From the NCBI GenBank assembly GCA_016933575.1, contig JAFGAR010000004.1, positions 1-64,000 of the forward strand: a DNA stretch of 64,000 bases. Reading direction: 5' to 3'. Within the stretch, counting starts at the first letter, position 1. Every line of letters starts with the position of its first letter. Origin of the DNA: Candidatus Thorarchaeota archaeon (lineage in GTDB: Archaea; Asgardarchaeota; Thorarchaeia; Thorarchaeales; Thorarchaeaceae). Below the pieces are notes generated by a model. The model was not told the DNA's origin. It did not search any database and was given only the letters and a program-made list of their open reading frames with translations. Shown here in pieces: positions 19,503-27,520 of this stretch. The position numbers were made by a program, and so were the translations under genes.

Positions 19503-19910
19503 ATGAGCAAAGAAAAGAAAGAACTTGAAGATGCCGTCATGGAGGAATTCGAGTGGGCACTTCAAGATCCAAATACAGAGAAGATTCGTCAGCTCGGAGA
19601 AGTGGTGAGTATTATCACTACGAAGCTTACAGAGGCAATCAGTGAACTTCAAGTCACTACCGGTCAACTCAGATCACAGCTAGAATCCTTGGATTCGAGG
19701 GTGAGTTCACTCTCAAGTCGTATTGCAAGTGGCGGGACGATATCACCAGGAGCTGCATCTCTTGGTGGTGGTATGGGAGATGAACCAATCCCAACCATGG
19801 CAAAAGCTCCTACTGCGCCTCCGCCATCAGCAGGTGGAGGGATGAGTATGATGGGCGAATTGAAGCAACTACTTGCAGCCAGAAGAAGAAAGACTGAAAC
19901 CGGAGATTAA
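19503..19910 (+). CDS. Coiled-coil, Pro-rich protein with C-terminal Ena/VASP-FAB/WH2-like helix
   Basis: GGAG RBS; heptad region; PTAPPPS; GGGMSMMGELKQLLAARRRK. ORF secure, function inferred. Confidence 0.7.
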   Translation: MSKEKKELEDAVMEEFEWALQDPNTEKIRQLGEVVSIITTKLTEAISELQVTTGQLRSQLESLDSRVSSLSSRIASGGTISPGAASLGGGMGDEPIPTMAKAPTAPPPSAGGGMSMMGELKQLLAARRRKTETGD

Positions 19911-19919
19911 CAACTTCTG

Positions 19920-20573
19920 TCATAGTAGGGATTCAACACTATTCTCCTTGTAAAACGGACCAGCATGCTCAGGTAGAGTAATTGTAAAAGCCTCAGCACG
20001 ATCGCACTTTGCCTGTATCCCTCTGAGTCGCGTTCTAGCATCATAGAGCTTCTCATAGAAGGAGTCAATCTTTTGTATCTGCGATTTGTGTTCCTTCAAT
20101 GCATGTAGGGCAATAGGGTAGGTATCCGAGATGTTCACATGCACATGAGGATGAGGTATCATCGTATTGATTTCCATATTGTAAATTCGATCCACACGAT
20201 GTGCATCATCAAAGACGGTCGTGTGAGAAGCCCATTCGACTGCATCAAAGACAAGTTTTGCACATTGTTGATGATTCAGATTGTAGTCATCAAGAGAATG
20301 GGTGATGATGACCTTCGGGCGGGTCTTCAGTATTGCACCGATGATCTCATTCCTCAAGGTCATGTCGATTGCAAAGTCATCGCGCTCACTAAGATAGAGA
20401 TTCCGGGCTCCAAGAAAAGAGCATGCAGACCTTAGCTCTGCATTCCGAACCTCGTTGCCTGTCATGCAATGGATATCAACCGGAATTCCCTGGTCAGTGT
20501 GTCTTTTGATTGTGCCGCCAGCACCTATGCACTCGTCGTCAGGATGAGCAACGACTACCAGAATCGAATCCAT
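19920..20573 (-). CDS. bshB: PIG-L family deacetylase, BshB-like
   Basis: AHPDDE zinc motif, HKSQI, RGxxxxxxxAEAF; divergent from bshA-bshC. Confidence 0.7.
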   Translation of the reverse strand: MDSILVVVAHPDDECIGAGGTIKRHTDQGIPVDIHCMTGNEVRNAELRSACSFLGARNLYLSERDDFAIDMTLRNEIIGAILKTRPKVIITHSLDDYNLNHQQCAKLVFDAVEWASHTTVFDDAHRVDRIYNMEINTMIPHPHVHVNISDTYPIALHALKEHKSQIQKIDSFYEKLYDARTRLRGIQAKCDRAEAFTITLPEHAGPFYKENSVESLL

Positions 20574-20676
20574 ACGTGGTTCTTCTTTCGGTATCTAATC
20601 AAGTTTTGGCAAGGAGAGTTGTTCAAACCAAGTGCCTTAAAGGGGAAAAAACAGTACCCTGGGAAGGGTTTCTACT

Positions 20677-21840
20677 ATGCGCATCGGCGTAAATCTATAT
20701 CCATCAGTTGGCGGTTCAGGATATGTCGCGACAAGACTAGGACAGCATCTGACTGATAAAGGCCACATCATCCATTTCATCACTTATCAGAGACCATTCT
20801 CAATGATGTGGCAGCAGACAAAAGGAGTTCATGTTGATCTTGTTGATAGATTCGACTACCCTCTATTTGGAGCAATAGGACCTCCATACACAATGGCTCT
20901 TACATCAAAGATCATTAAAGTTGCCAAAGCAGCCGAATTAGATGTTCTGCATGCACACTATGCAATCCCACATGCAATGGCGGCATACATGGCTCGAGAG
21001 ATTGTCAATTTACCTTATGTTGTAACACTACATGGATCAGATGTTCATTCACTCGGTCTAGACCCAGCATATCAACCGGTCGTGCAGTACACGGTGGAGA
21101 AGGCTGATGGGGTCACAGCAGTTTCTGAGTTCTTGAAAAAGAAAGCCATTGAAGAACTTGGAATTGAGAGAGACATCAAAGTGATTCCAAACTTTATTGA
21201 TACGACCCAGTTCTCACGGGTCAAGGGAGTCAGACTTGTTGTAGAGAGTGGATGTGTGTCAGTAAGGAGAGAAGATGAAGCAATCGAGATTAGCCCTGAT
21301 GAGAAGATACTCCTTCACGCTTCCAACTTCCGAGAAGTCAAGCGTATTGTAGAACTCATAGAAATAATGCGAATCATTGTCAACGAGAATCCCAAAGCAC
21401 GTCTTATTATCGCAGGGGATGGTCCAACACGAATCGATGTTGAGCGGCGCATTGAGAAACTAAAGTTATGTAACAATGTACATCTCTTAGGTGTAAAGAG
21501 CAATATGCAAGAGATCATGTGTTCTGCGGACCTCCTTCTTCTTAACTCAACACTTGAGGGAATGCCTCTAGTTCTTCTTGAAGCCATGGCCTGTAGCCTT
21601 CCTGTGGTCACTACACCAGCTGGAGGAATTCCTGAACTTGTGCGTGCTGGAAAAGATGGTTTTGTGACTAAGGGATACGAGAATGAGGAATTTGCAGAAG
21701 CTGTACTTGGGCTGCTTAACAATGATGACGAGAGAAGAAGACTCGGACACGCGGGACGATTGCGTGCAAATGATTTCGATTCAAAGAAGATAGTTCCAAT
21801 GTATGAGAAGGTCTTTGAGGAAGTTCTCGAAAAGAAGTGA
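20677..21840 (+). CDS. bshA: N-acetyl-alpha-D-glucosaminyl L-malate synthase (GT4)
   Basis: YPSVGGSG, HFITY, HAHYAIPHA, TLHGSD, SNFREVKR are BshA-characteristic. Confidence 0.9.
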   Translation: MRIGVNLYPSVGGSGYVATRLGQHLTDKGHIIHFITYQRPFSMMWQQTKGVHVDLVDRFDYPLFGAIGPPYTMALTSKIIKVAKAAELDVLHAHYAIPHAMAAYMAREIVNLPYVVTLHGSDVHSLGLDPAYQPVVQYTVEKADGVTAVSEFLKKKAIEELGIERDIKVIPNFIDTTQFSRVKGVRLVVESGCVSVRREDEAIEISPDEKILLHASNFREVKRIVELIEIMRIIVNENPKARLIIAGDGPTRIDVERRIEKLKLCNNVHLLGVKSNMQEIMCSADLLLLNSTLEGMPLVLLEAMACSLPVVTTPAGGIPELVRAGKDGFVTKGYENEEFAEAVLGLLNNDDERRRLGHAGRLRANDFDSKKIVPMYEKVFEEVLEKK

Positions 21841-21852
21841 GAGGTAGGGACT

Positions 21853-23568
21853 TTGAAACCCAGCGTATACAATGTCTATCAGGACTTTATCTGGAAAGAA
21901 CAAAATGTCAATTTAGCAAGTACATTGTATAACATGCCCCCACTCACCTTAGATAGTCTACATGAACGAATTCCAACTCTGAAGAAAGAGTATCGAGAGA
22001 CGTTGTGGCACATTGAAGATAGAATGGACCAGTTGGAGAAGGCACTCATATCAATCAATCAAGACCTTCATTGTCTTAACCCCGAGGTTGAATCAAATAT
22101 TTGTCTCTTGAGAGATGGCGCAATAGAGGCTGCCCATCAGTCAGTTGTACTTGGTGGTCCTTCATACATATTGAACAAGGCAGTAACAGCTAATCAGGTT
22201 GCTAAATTTTGTCAGGACAAGGGGATTGACATTGGAGTATTCTTCTGTGTAGCTGATTACGATAGTGTCCAATCAGAATTGACGAACATACGCATTCCAG
22301 TGATGGGATCTGGTGGTACTCTGATTAGCATCCCAACGCCCGAGGGATTTGAATTCTCACCGGTCAATGTTATCCCTCTACCAAGAAAGGACTGGTATGA
22401 TAAAGTCGAGGATGATATTAGGGATAGCTATCGTCCAATGTTCAAGCCTCTAGAGGGACCAAAAAGATTGGTATTTGAGGAACGCTTGGAGCAAGCACTG
22501 GCAGTTAGTCGTTGGGGTTTTCTCAATTCTAAGACACTAGGAGAGTGGGCCATGAGGATCATGGGTAGACTCTTCAATATCGAAGGAAATTTAGGAATAC
22601 CTCTTGTTCCTGCTTCAACGCCTGAAGTGAGGGACTTGCTAATTGAGGGGATGGAGCTATTACTGGATAGGAGTAATCGGGAGAGGATGATAGATACTTT
22701 CAATGATGTGACCTCACTCATTGAAAGCAATGGTTACAATCCAGGTGTAGGTCCAAGAGCTACAGATTATGTTCCGTTCTTCTACGAGTGTCCTGAGAAG
22801 GAGTGCAACAGTGCCCGTACCGAGCTGCACTATGAAGACCATGGGTCAACTGCTGTTCTGACAGGTAAATGTCCAATCTGTTCAGAGAACATTGAGATTG
22901 AAACACCCTCAGAGAGTCCCTATTTGGGGGACATTGCAAGACATATCTCACCACGGGTGGATTCTAGGCAGCTTGTGATTGATACTATTATTCCAACTAT
23001 GGCACATATTGGAGGTCCTGGAGAAACTGCATACTATGCACAGGTTATCCCCAGTGCTAAAGCAATGGGATTACCATTTCCAGAGTTTATAAAATATCCA
23101 AGGGTCTACTTCAATACCCCATGGAATGAGAGTCTGGCGAAATCGCTGGAAGAGAAAGATATCAAAGTCCTGCATGGTAGCAACCTGTTCAGCTCTTTAG
23201 GGAAGCTCTCTCGTTTTAGAAAGAAGAACAGATTTGAGGACATGAATGAAGAGCTAGTGAATTTCACGAATTTACTACTGACCACGCACTCTGATTTGAA
23301 TAGGAAATTAGCTGAAATTGATACGGACATTGGTCAGTCATCAAAAGATGAGATAGAATTTCTTCAATCTCTCAAACTTGAGATAGAACGATATCTTAGT
23401 TGGACCTTTGGGCAGTATGCTGAAGAAAAATTTGGACAAGAGTCTTCATGGTCGTGGATAGAATGGGCTATCAACTCTGGATTCGTAGATCTATTTGGAC
23501 CATATGAGCGTGCATATGTCGGTCAGATGAAGAATGGTGCGACTGTCTTTGTAAACTTCTCAATATAA
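21853..23568 (+). CDS. bshC: Bacillithiol cysteine-adding enzyme BshC-like
   Basis: AHQ...GGPSYILNKA, DYD, HISPRV..R, IGGPGETAYYAQ; 12 bp downstream of bshA. Confidence 0.8.
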   Translation: MKPSVYNVYQDFIWKEQNVNLASTLYNMPPLTLDSLHERIPTLKKEYRETLWHIEDRMDQLEKALISINQDLHCLNPEVESNICLLRDGAIEAAHQSVVLGGPSYILNKAVTANQVAKFCQDKGIDIGVFFCVADYDSVQSELTNIRIPVMGSGGTLISIPTPEGFEFSPVNVIPLPRKDWYDKVEDDIRDSYRPMFKPLEGPKRLVFEERLEQALAVSRWGFLNSKTLGEWAMRIMGRLFNIEGNLGIPLVPASTPEVRDLLIEGMELLLDRSNRERMIDTFNDVTSLIESNGYNPGVGPRATDYVPFFYECPEKECNSARTELHYEDHGSTAVLTGKCPICSENIEIETPSESPYLGDIARHISPRVDSRQLVIDTIIPTMAHIGGPGETAYYAQVIPSAKAMGLPFPEFIKYPRVYFNTPWNESLAKSLEEKDIKVLHGSNLFSSLGKLSRFRKKNRFEDMNEELVNFTNLLLTTHSDLNRKLAEIDTDIGQSSKDEIEFLQSLKLEIERYLSWTFGQYAEEKFGQESSWSWIEWAINSGFVDLFGPYERAYVGQMKNGATVFVNFSI

Positions 23569-23570
23569 TA

Positions 23571-23598
23571 GGACACCGGGATGACCCCGGCAATGTCC
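23571..23598. terminator. Hairpin between convergent bshC and aminotransferase genes
   Basis: GGACA-CCGGG-ATGAC-CCCGG-CAA-TGTCC. Confidence 0.5.
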
Positions 23599-23608
23599 CA
23601 TGAATAGT

Positions 23609-24880
23609 CTAACCAAGCTCAGTTGAGAGAAGCTTACCCAGACGTTCTATTCCCTCAGAGATGATCTCGGGAGAAGCATATGAGAAACCAAGTCGCATTG
23701 TATTTGGTTCAGGTACACTTGTTTCTAATTCCTTACCATTTGATGAAACTGTATAGCCTGTTATTGGATAGAATGGTCCACCGGGCACATAGAGTAGCTC
23801 ATTTGGAATTGCAACACGCTGCATGAACTCACTCGAGTCGAAATCAGGTTTCGCGCTCTGCCACCAAATGAAGAAACCTCCTGTTGGATCAGTTCTTGTA
23901 CCATCTGGGAAGAACTCATCCATTGCCTTTGCCATTGCTTCATACCGTTTCTTGTATAGAGGTATACCGACTTTCATCGCTTGGTCAATATATTTTCTAT
24001 AATACTCATCCAATATTCGTTGAACAAGAGTTGTTGTACAGAGATCAAGGTAGCCCTTGTCTTTTAGCACCTGTTCGCGAACATTGACTGGGAGAACGGA
24101 GTATCCAACTCTCAAAACAGCTGCTTCCTTGCTACTTGTACCAAGATAGGCAACACGAGTGTTTTCCTTATCAAGCGTCTTTATTGGCTTTGGATTTGGT
24201 TTGAATTGAATCTCGGCATAAGCGGAGTCTTCCAGAAGGAGGATATTGTGGTTCTCGCATATATCGAATAGGGCTCTTCGTCGCTTCATTGAAAGCGTGG
24301 TACCCTTTGGATTATCACTGTCAGGAACTACATAGAGTAGGTCTGGAGTCTTACCGAAATTGATCTTTGAGAGGTGAATAGCTCGTTCAACAAATTCAGG
24401 GATGATTCCTTCATTATCAGTAGGTATTGTGATAACACGAGCTCCAAGTTTGACAGCAGGTACGAGAAATCCGAGGTATGCGGGTGAAGGTGTAAGAATG
24501 ACATCACCGGGATCAATCAATGTATCGAGCAGAGCATAAAGTGCCTGTTGCGAACCATTAGTGATTGAAACACGATCCCACTCATCCTCACAATTTATCG
24601 GTATCTTCCGAACATCGCAAAGCCGTTTAGCCAGTGTTTTCAGGAACCAAGTCTGACCACCTGTCGGCCCATAGTTAAGGTCGTCAAGGGCCATTGCTGG
24701 GTTTTCTTTATACTTGACACTGAGATCTGCCATAATATCAGCGAAGATATCAGTAGGAATGATTCCAGGTTTTCCTCCAGCAAAGTAGTATTTTACACTA
24801 AATTTTAGAAGGGCACGAATCTGAGACTCCTCTATGAAAGAAGTCCATGTTGCAAAACCATAGCCTCGATCATTTGCCAT
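23609..24880 (-). CDS. PLP-dependent class I aminotransferase (LysN/aromatic-type)
   Basis: NYGPTGG, ITNGSQQAL, DNPKGTT, EDSAY, GTSSK (PLP lysine), LRVG, MRLGFS. Confidence 0.9.
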   Translation of the reverse strand: MANDRGYGFATWTSFIEESQIRALLKFSVKYYFAGGKPGIIPTDIFADIMADLSVKYKENPAMALDDLNYGPTGGQTWFLKTLAKRLCDVRKIPINCEDEWDRVSITNGSQQALYALLDTLIDPGDVILTPSPAYLGFLVPAVKLGARVITIPTDNEGIIPEFVERAIHLSKINFGKTPDLLYVVPDSDNPKGTTLSMKRRRALFDICENHNILLLEDSAYAEIQFKPNPKPIKTLDKENTRVAYLGTSSKEAAVLRVGYSVLPVNVREQVLKDKGYLDLCTTTLVQRILDEYYRKYIDQAMKVGIPLYKKRYEAMAKAMDEFFPDGTRTDPTGGFFIWWQSAKPDFDSSEFMQRVAIPNELLYVPGGPFYPITGYTVSSNGKELETSVPEPNTMRLGFSYASPEIISEGIERLGKLLSTELG

Positions 24881-25010
24881 ATGGACGCACTCCGAGGAAT
24901 GAACCTCGTCTTGTTAAGAAGCATGAACACTTCTGTACATGAACTGCAAGTGTTGTCCTTTATCTGTTTCTAATCGAACACACATGCTGACGTTCGTTTC
25001 TGCGATATGA

Positions 25011-25047
25011 TGTACACAAGTGGTCGTCACGAACAAGCTTGTGCACA
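25011..25047. other. Inverted repeat downstream of pyrF
   Basis: TGTACACAAG...CTTGTGCACA, 9 of 10 paired, 17-nt spacer. Confidence 0.4.
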
Positions 25048-25067
25048 AAACAGGTCCAGTTGAGTCC

Positions 25068-25862
25068 CTATCGGGTCTCTGCATTGATAGCTGCCGCGGC
25101 TGCTGCAGGATCAGGAGACTCGATAATGGAACGGACCGCAATCACATAGCTCGCTCCAGCTTCGATTGCTTCTCGGGCACTTCCACCCTGAACGCCTACA
25201 CCAGGGCACATGATGGGTATCTCATCGCCCAGTACAGTACGTATCTCCTGTATCTTGTCAGGATATGTTGCACCAACTATTACTCCATCCACATCCCAGA
25301 GTCTTGCTTGGCGAGCAAATCGTACATAGAGGGGTTCTTGTTTCTTTGTCTTCTCATCAGGAGCGACCAGTAATCCATAACCATCCTTGGCACCTGGATG
25401 CGACATGTAACAGAGAGTGATGACCCCTCGTTTTCGATTTGTAGCTGATTCAAAGACCGTATCGAGACCACCCTCCATCCCTACAAAGGGATTCACAATG
25501 ATAGCATCGAATCCTGCATCAAAGTAATACTTTGATATGACCTTGTTCGTGTTCCCTATATCATTCAATTTACAATCGACTATGGCTGTGAGTCCTAGAT
25601 CGTGAATTTTGTCCACAATGCGGGGAATTCCGTCATAGACTCCAAGAGGTAGGATGAGGTGCCTGTTTATCTTGAAGGCAACAGCATATTCTGCTGTCTT
25701 GGCTATCAACTCTATTGCCTCTCGTTCCAGTCGGTCCTTCTCAGCTTTTATTCCCGCAGAATCCTTTCCAGTCATATTAGCAACGAGATCAAGACCAATG
25801 ATCAATTTACTCTTCCGAACAAAACTTGATGCAGCAAGCTTTCGTTTGTACATATGGTTCAC
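25068..25862 (-). CDS. pyrF: Orotidine 5'-phosphate decarboxylase
   Basis: IIGLD, AFK, DCKLNDIGNT, VGATYP, PGVGVQGG. Confidence 0.93.
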   Translation of the reverse strand: MNHMYKRKLAASSFVRKSKLIIGLDLVANMTGKDSAGIKAEKDRLEREAIELIAKTAEYAVAFKINRHLILPLGVYDGIPRIVDKIHDLGLTAIVDCKLNDIGNTNKVISKYYFDAGFDAIIVNPFVGMEGGLDTVFESATNRKRGVITLCYMSHPGAKDGYGLLVAPDEKTKKQEPLYVRFARQARLWDVDGVIVGATYPDKIQEIRTVLGDEIPIMCPGVGVQGGSAREAIEAGASYVIAVRSIIESPDPAAAAAAINAETR

Positions 25863-26009
25863 TCCTGTACCCGAAGACCCCTCAGTTCAATGGGCCACTT
25901 GATGCTGAATGTAATCACTTCCAAATAAATTCTCGTTCGTTAGGATTTTGCGTACCATCGAACCAAACTTATAACAGACTCACTACGTTGTAAAGATGGA
26001 GAGGCAAAA

Positions 26010-27050
26010 TTGAGTCCCGACTGGTTAATGACAAGGGTGACTGTAGTACTGCTAGCCATAGCAGGACCCATCTACTTCTTTCTACTCATGCTCTTTATCC
26101 CCCAGATGACACCATTTGCAGATCCAATGTTGAATCTACTGTTTCATTATGTTACAGCCCCAACAGTCTTCACACTTCCATGGATAGGTACGATATACTA
26201 CCAGAGATACCGGTTAGCCAATACTGTATACATAATGGATGAGACTATCACTGCGGTCCCGCTCCGCTGGAGAATATTCTATGGTGCCAATGCCCTCTTC
26301 GTATTGATGGTCTTCGTCCTCCCAATGGCGACGCCAATCATTGCATTGATTGAGGGGCTGATTGTTGCAGGGCATGTATTCTATCGGGTAGGATTTGGAA
26401 AGATGGGGGGAGGAAAACCAGCTGCATTCCTAGGAGTCATTGTGGCACTTGCCCTATGTATTCTTCCAGCATTTGTCATCATTGAGTTCATACCTGGATA
26501 CTTAACAGTGTGGGAAACGATTCTCCAGACCTGGACTGATTTCTGGCTGGATGTGGCATATGGTGTTGCTCAATGCCTTGTCAATGCGCTCAGTTTTGGA
26601 GCACCCGTATATTTCATCTATTTTGGCGCTCAAGAGTATGATAAAGGACTCTATGGAGAAGTCTATACCAAGACTCCAACGAACTGGATCCGTTTTGGAG
26701 AATTGGTCATCTTCATCATCTTCATTGTGATGTACCTTCCACCAATCCCAACACCAATTGGAGTCGTTCCATTTCTCGACTTGTCATTTCTATTTCAGAA
26801 TTATATCAATTGGATCTCACTGGGAATCGTAGCAATAATGATCTTGGTGAAAATGGCATTGAAGGTCAAAGGAGATACAGGTATGGGCGGCTTTACGAAT
26901 ATCTTTGTCATCGGCCTGTTTCTCGTAGTAGAACTGGTCAATCGAACAGACTTCCTTCTAAAGACATCAATCATTATACTGGCATTCACTGTGTATGCAG
27001 GCTTGGCTGCGGTCAGTTATCTGAGAGCCTCATCGAGAGAACTCTATTAG
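26010..27050 (+). CDS. Hypothetical polytopic membrane protein
   Basis: 346 aa with roughly 9-10 hydrophobic segments. Confidence 0.75.
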   Translation: MSPDWLMTRVTVVLLAIAGPIYFFLLMLFIPQMTPFADPMLNLLFHYVTAPTVFTLPWIGTIYYQRYRLANTVYIMDETITAVPLRWRIFYGANALFVLMVFVLPMATPIIALIEGLIVAGHVFYRVGFGKMGGGKPAAFLGVIVALALCILPAFVIIEFIPGYLTVWETILQTWTDFWLDVAYGVAQCLVNALSFGAPVYFIYFGAQEYDKGLYGEVYTKTPTNWIRFGELVIFIIFIVMYLPPIPTPIGVVPFLDLSFLFQNYINWISLGIVAIMILVKMALKVKGDTGMGGFTNIFVIGLFLVVELVNRTDFLLKTSIIILAFTVYAGLAAVSYLRASSRELY

Positions 27051-27086
27051 ACCCGATCACTCAGAGTGAGTATTTGGATGGACAAG

Positions 27087-27461
27087 TTACATATCAAGTA
27101 TCTCAAGTTTCTTTGCTAATCGTATGATTGGAAGAAACATGGTCATAGGTTCAGAGTCAGCAAGAGAATCAACAAAGTCAATGGCCTCTTTCGGTCGATT
27201 CTTGTAGGAAATGTAATTTCCTTTTGGTGGACCATCTCCTTCTGCATGAACCCATAGCGGAAGTCCATACATCTCATAGTAGCCATGGTTGGAAATCAAG
27301 GTTCCGTAGATGTGCTTTCCTTCATGTTCGAAATATAACATACTTGCAGGTCTTTCTCTCTGGGACCATGATACAAGCATCCTTGTTAAATCGGTCATAG
27401 AAGCAATTTTCATATTTACTGGTGGTCGAATATTGTCCTTGCTCATACTGTAGCGCACCAA
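27087..27461 (-). CDS. Small conserved archaeal hypothetical protein (resembles a TACK-conserved family)
   Basis: S..DL.R, HIYG, YY..YGLP and PII.L pattern recalled from crenarchaeal hypothetical proteins. Confidence 0.6.
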   Translation of the reverse strand: MVRYSMSKDNIRPPVNMKIASMTDLTRMLVSWSQRERPASMLYFEHEGKHIYGTLISNHGYYEMYGLPLWVHAEGDGPPKGNYISYKNRPKEAIDFVDSLADSEPMTMFLPIIRLAKKLEILDM

Positions 27462-27520
27462 ATCGTTTTTCGTTCATGCCCTTATAAGAGCAAGCATTGT
27501 ACTATGGAAAGGGACTGAGG

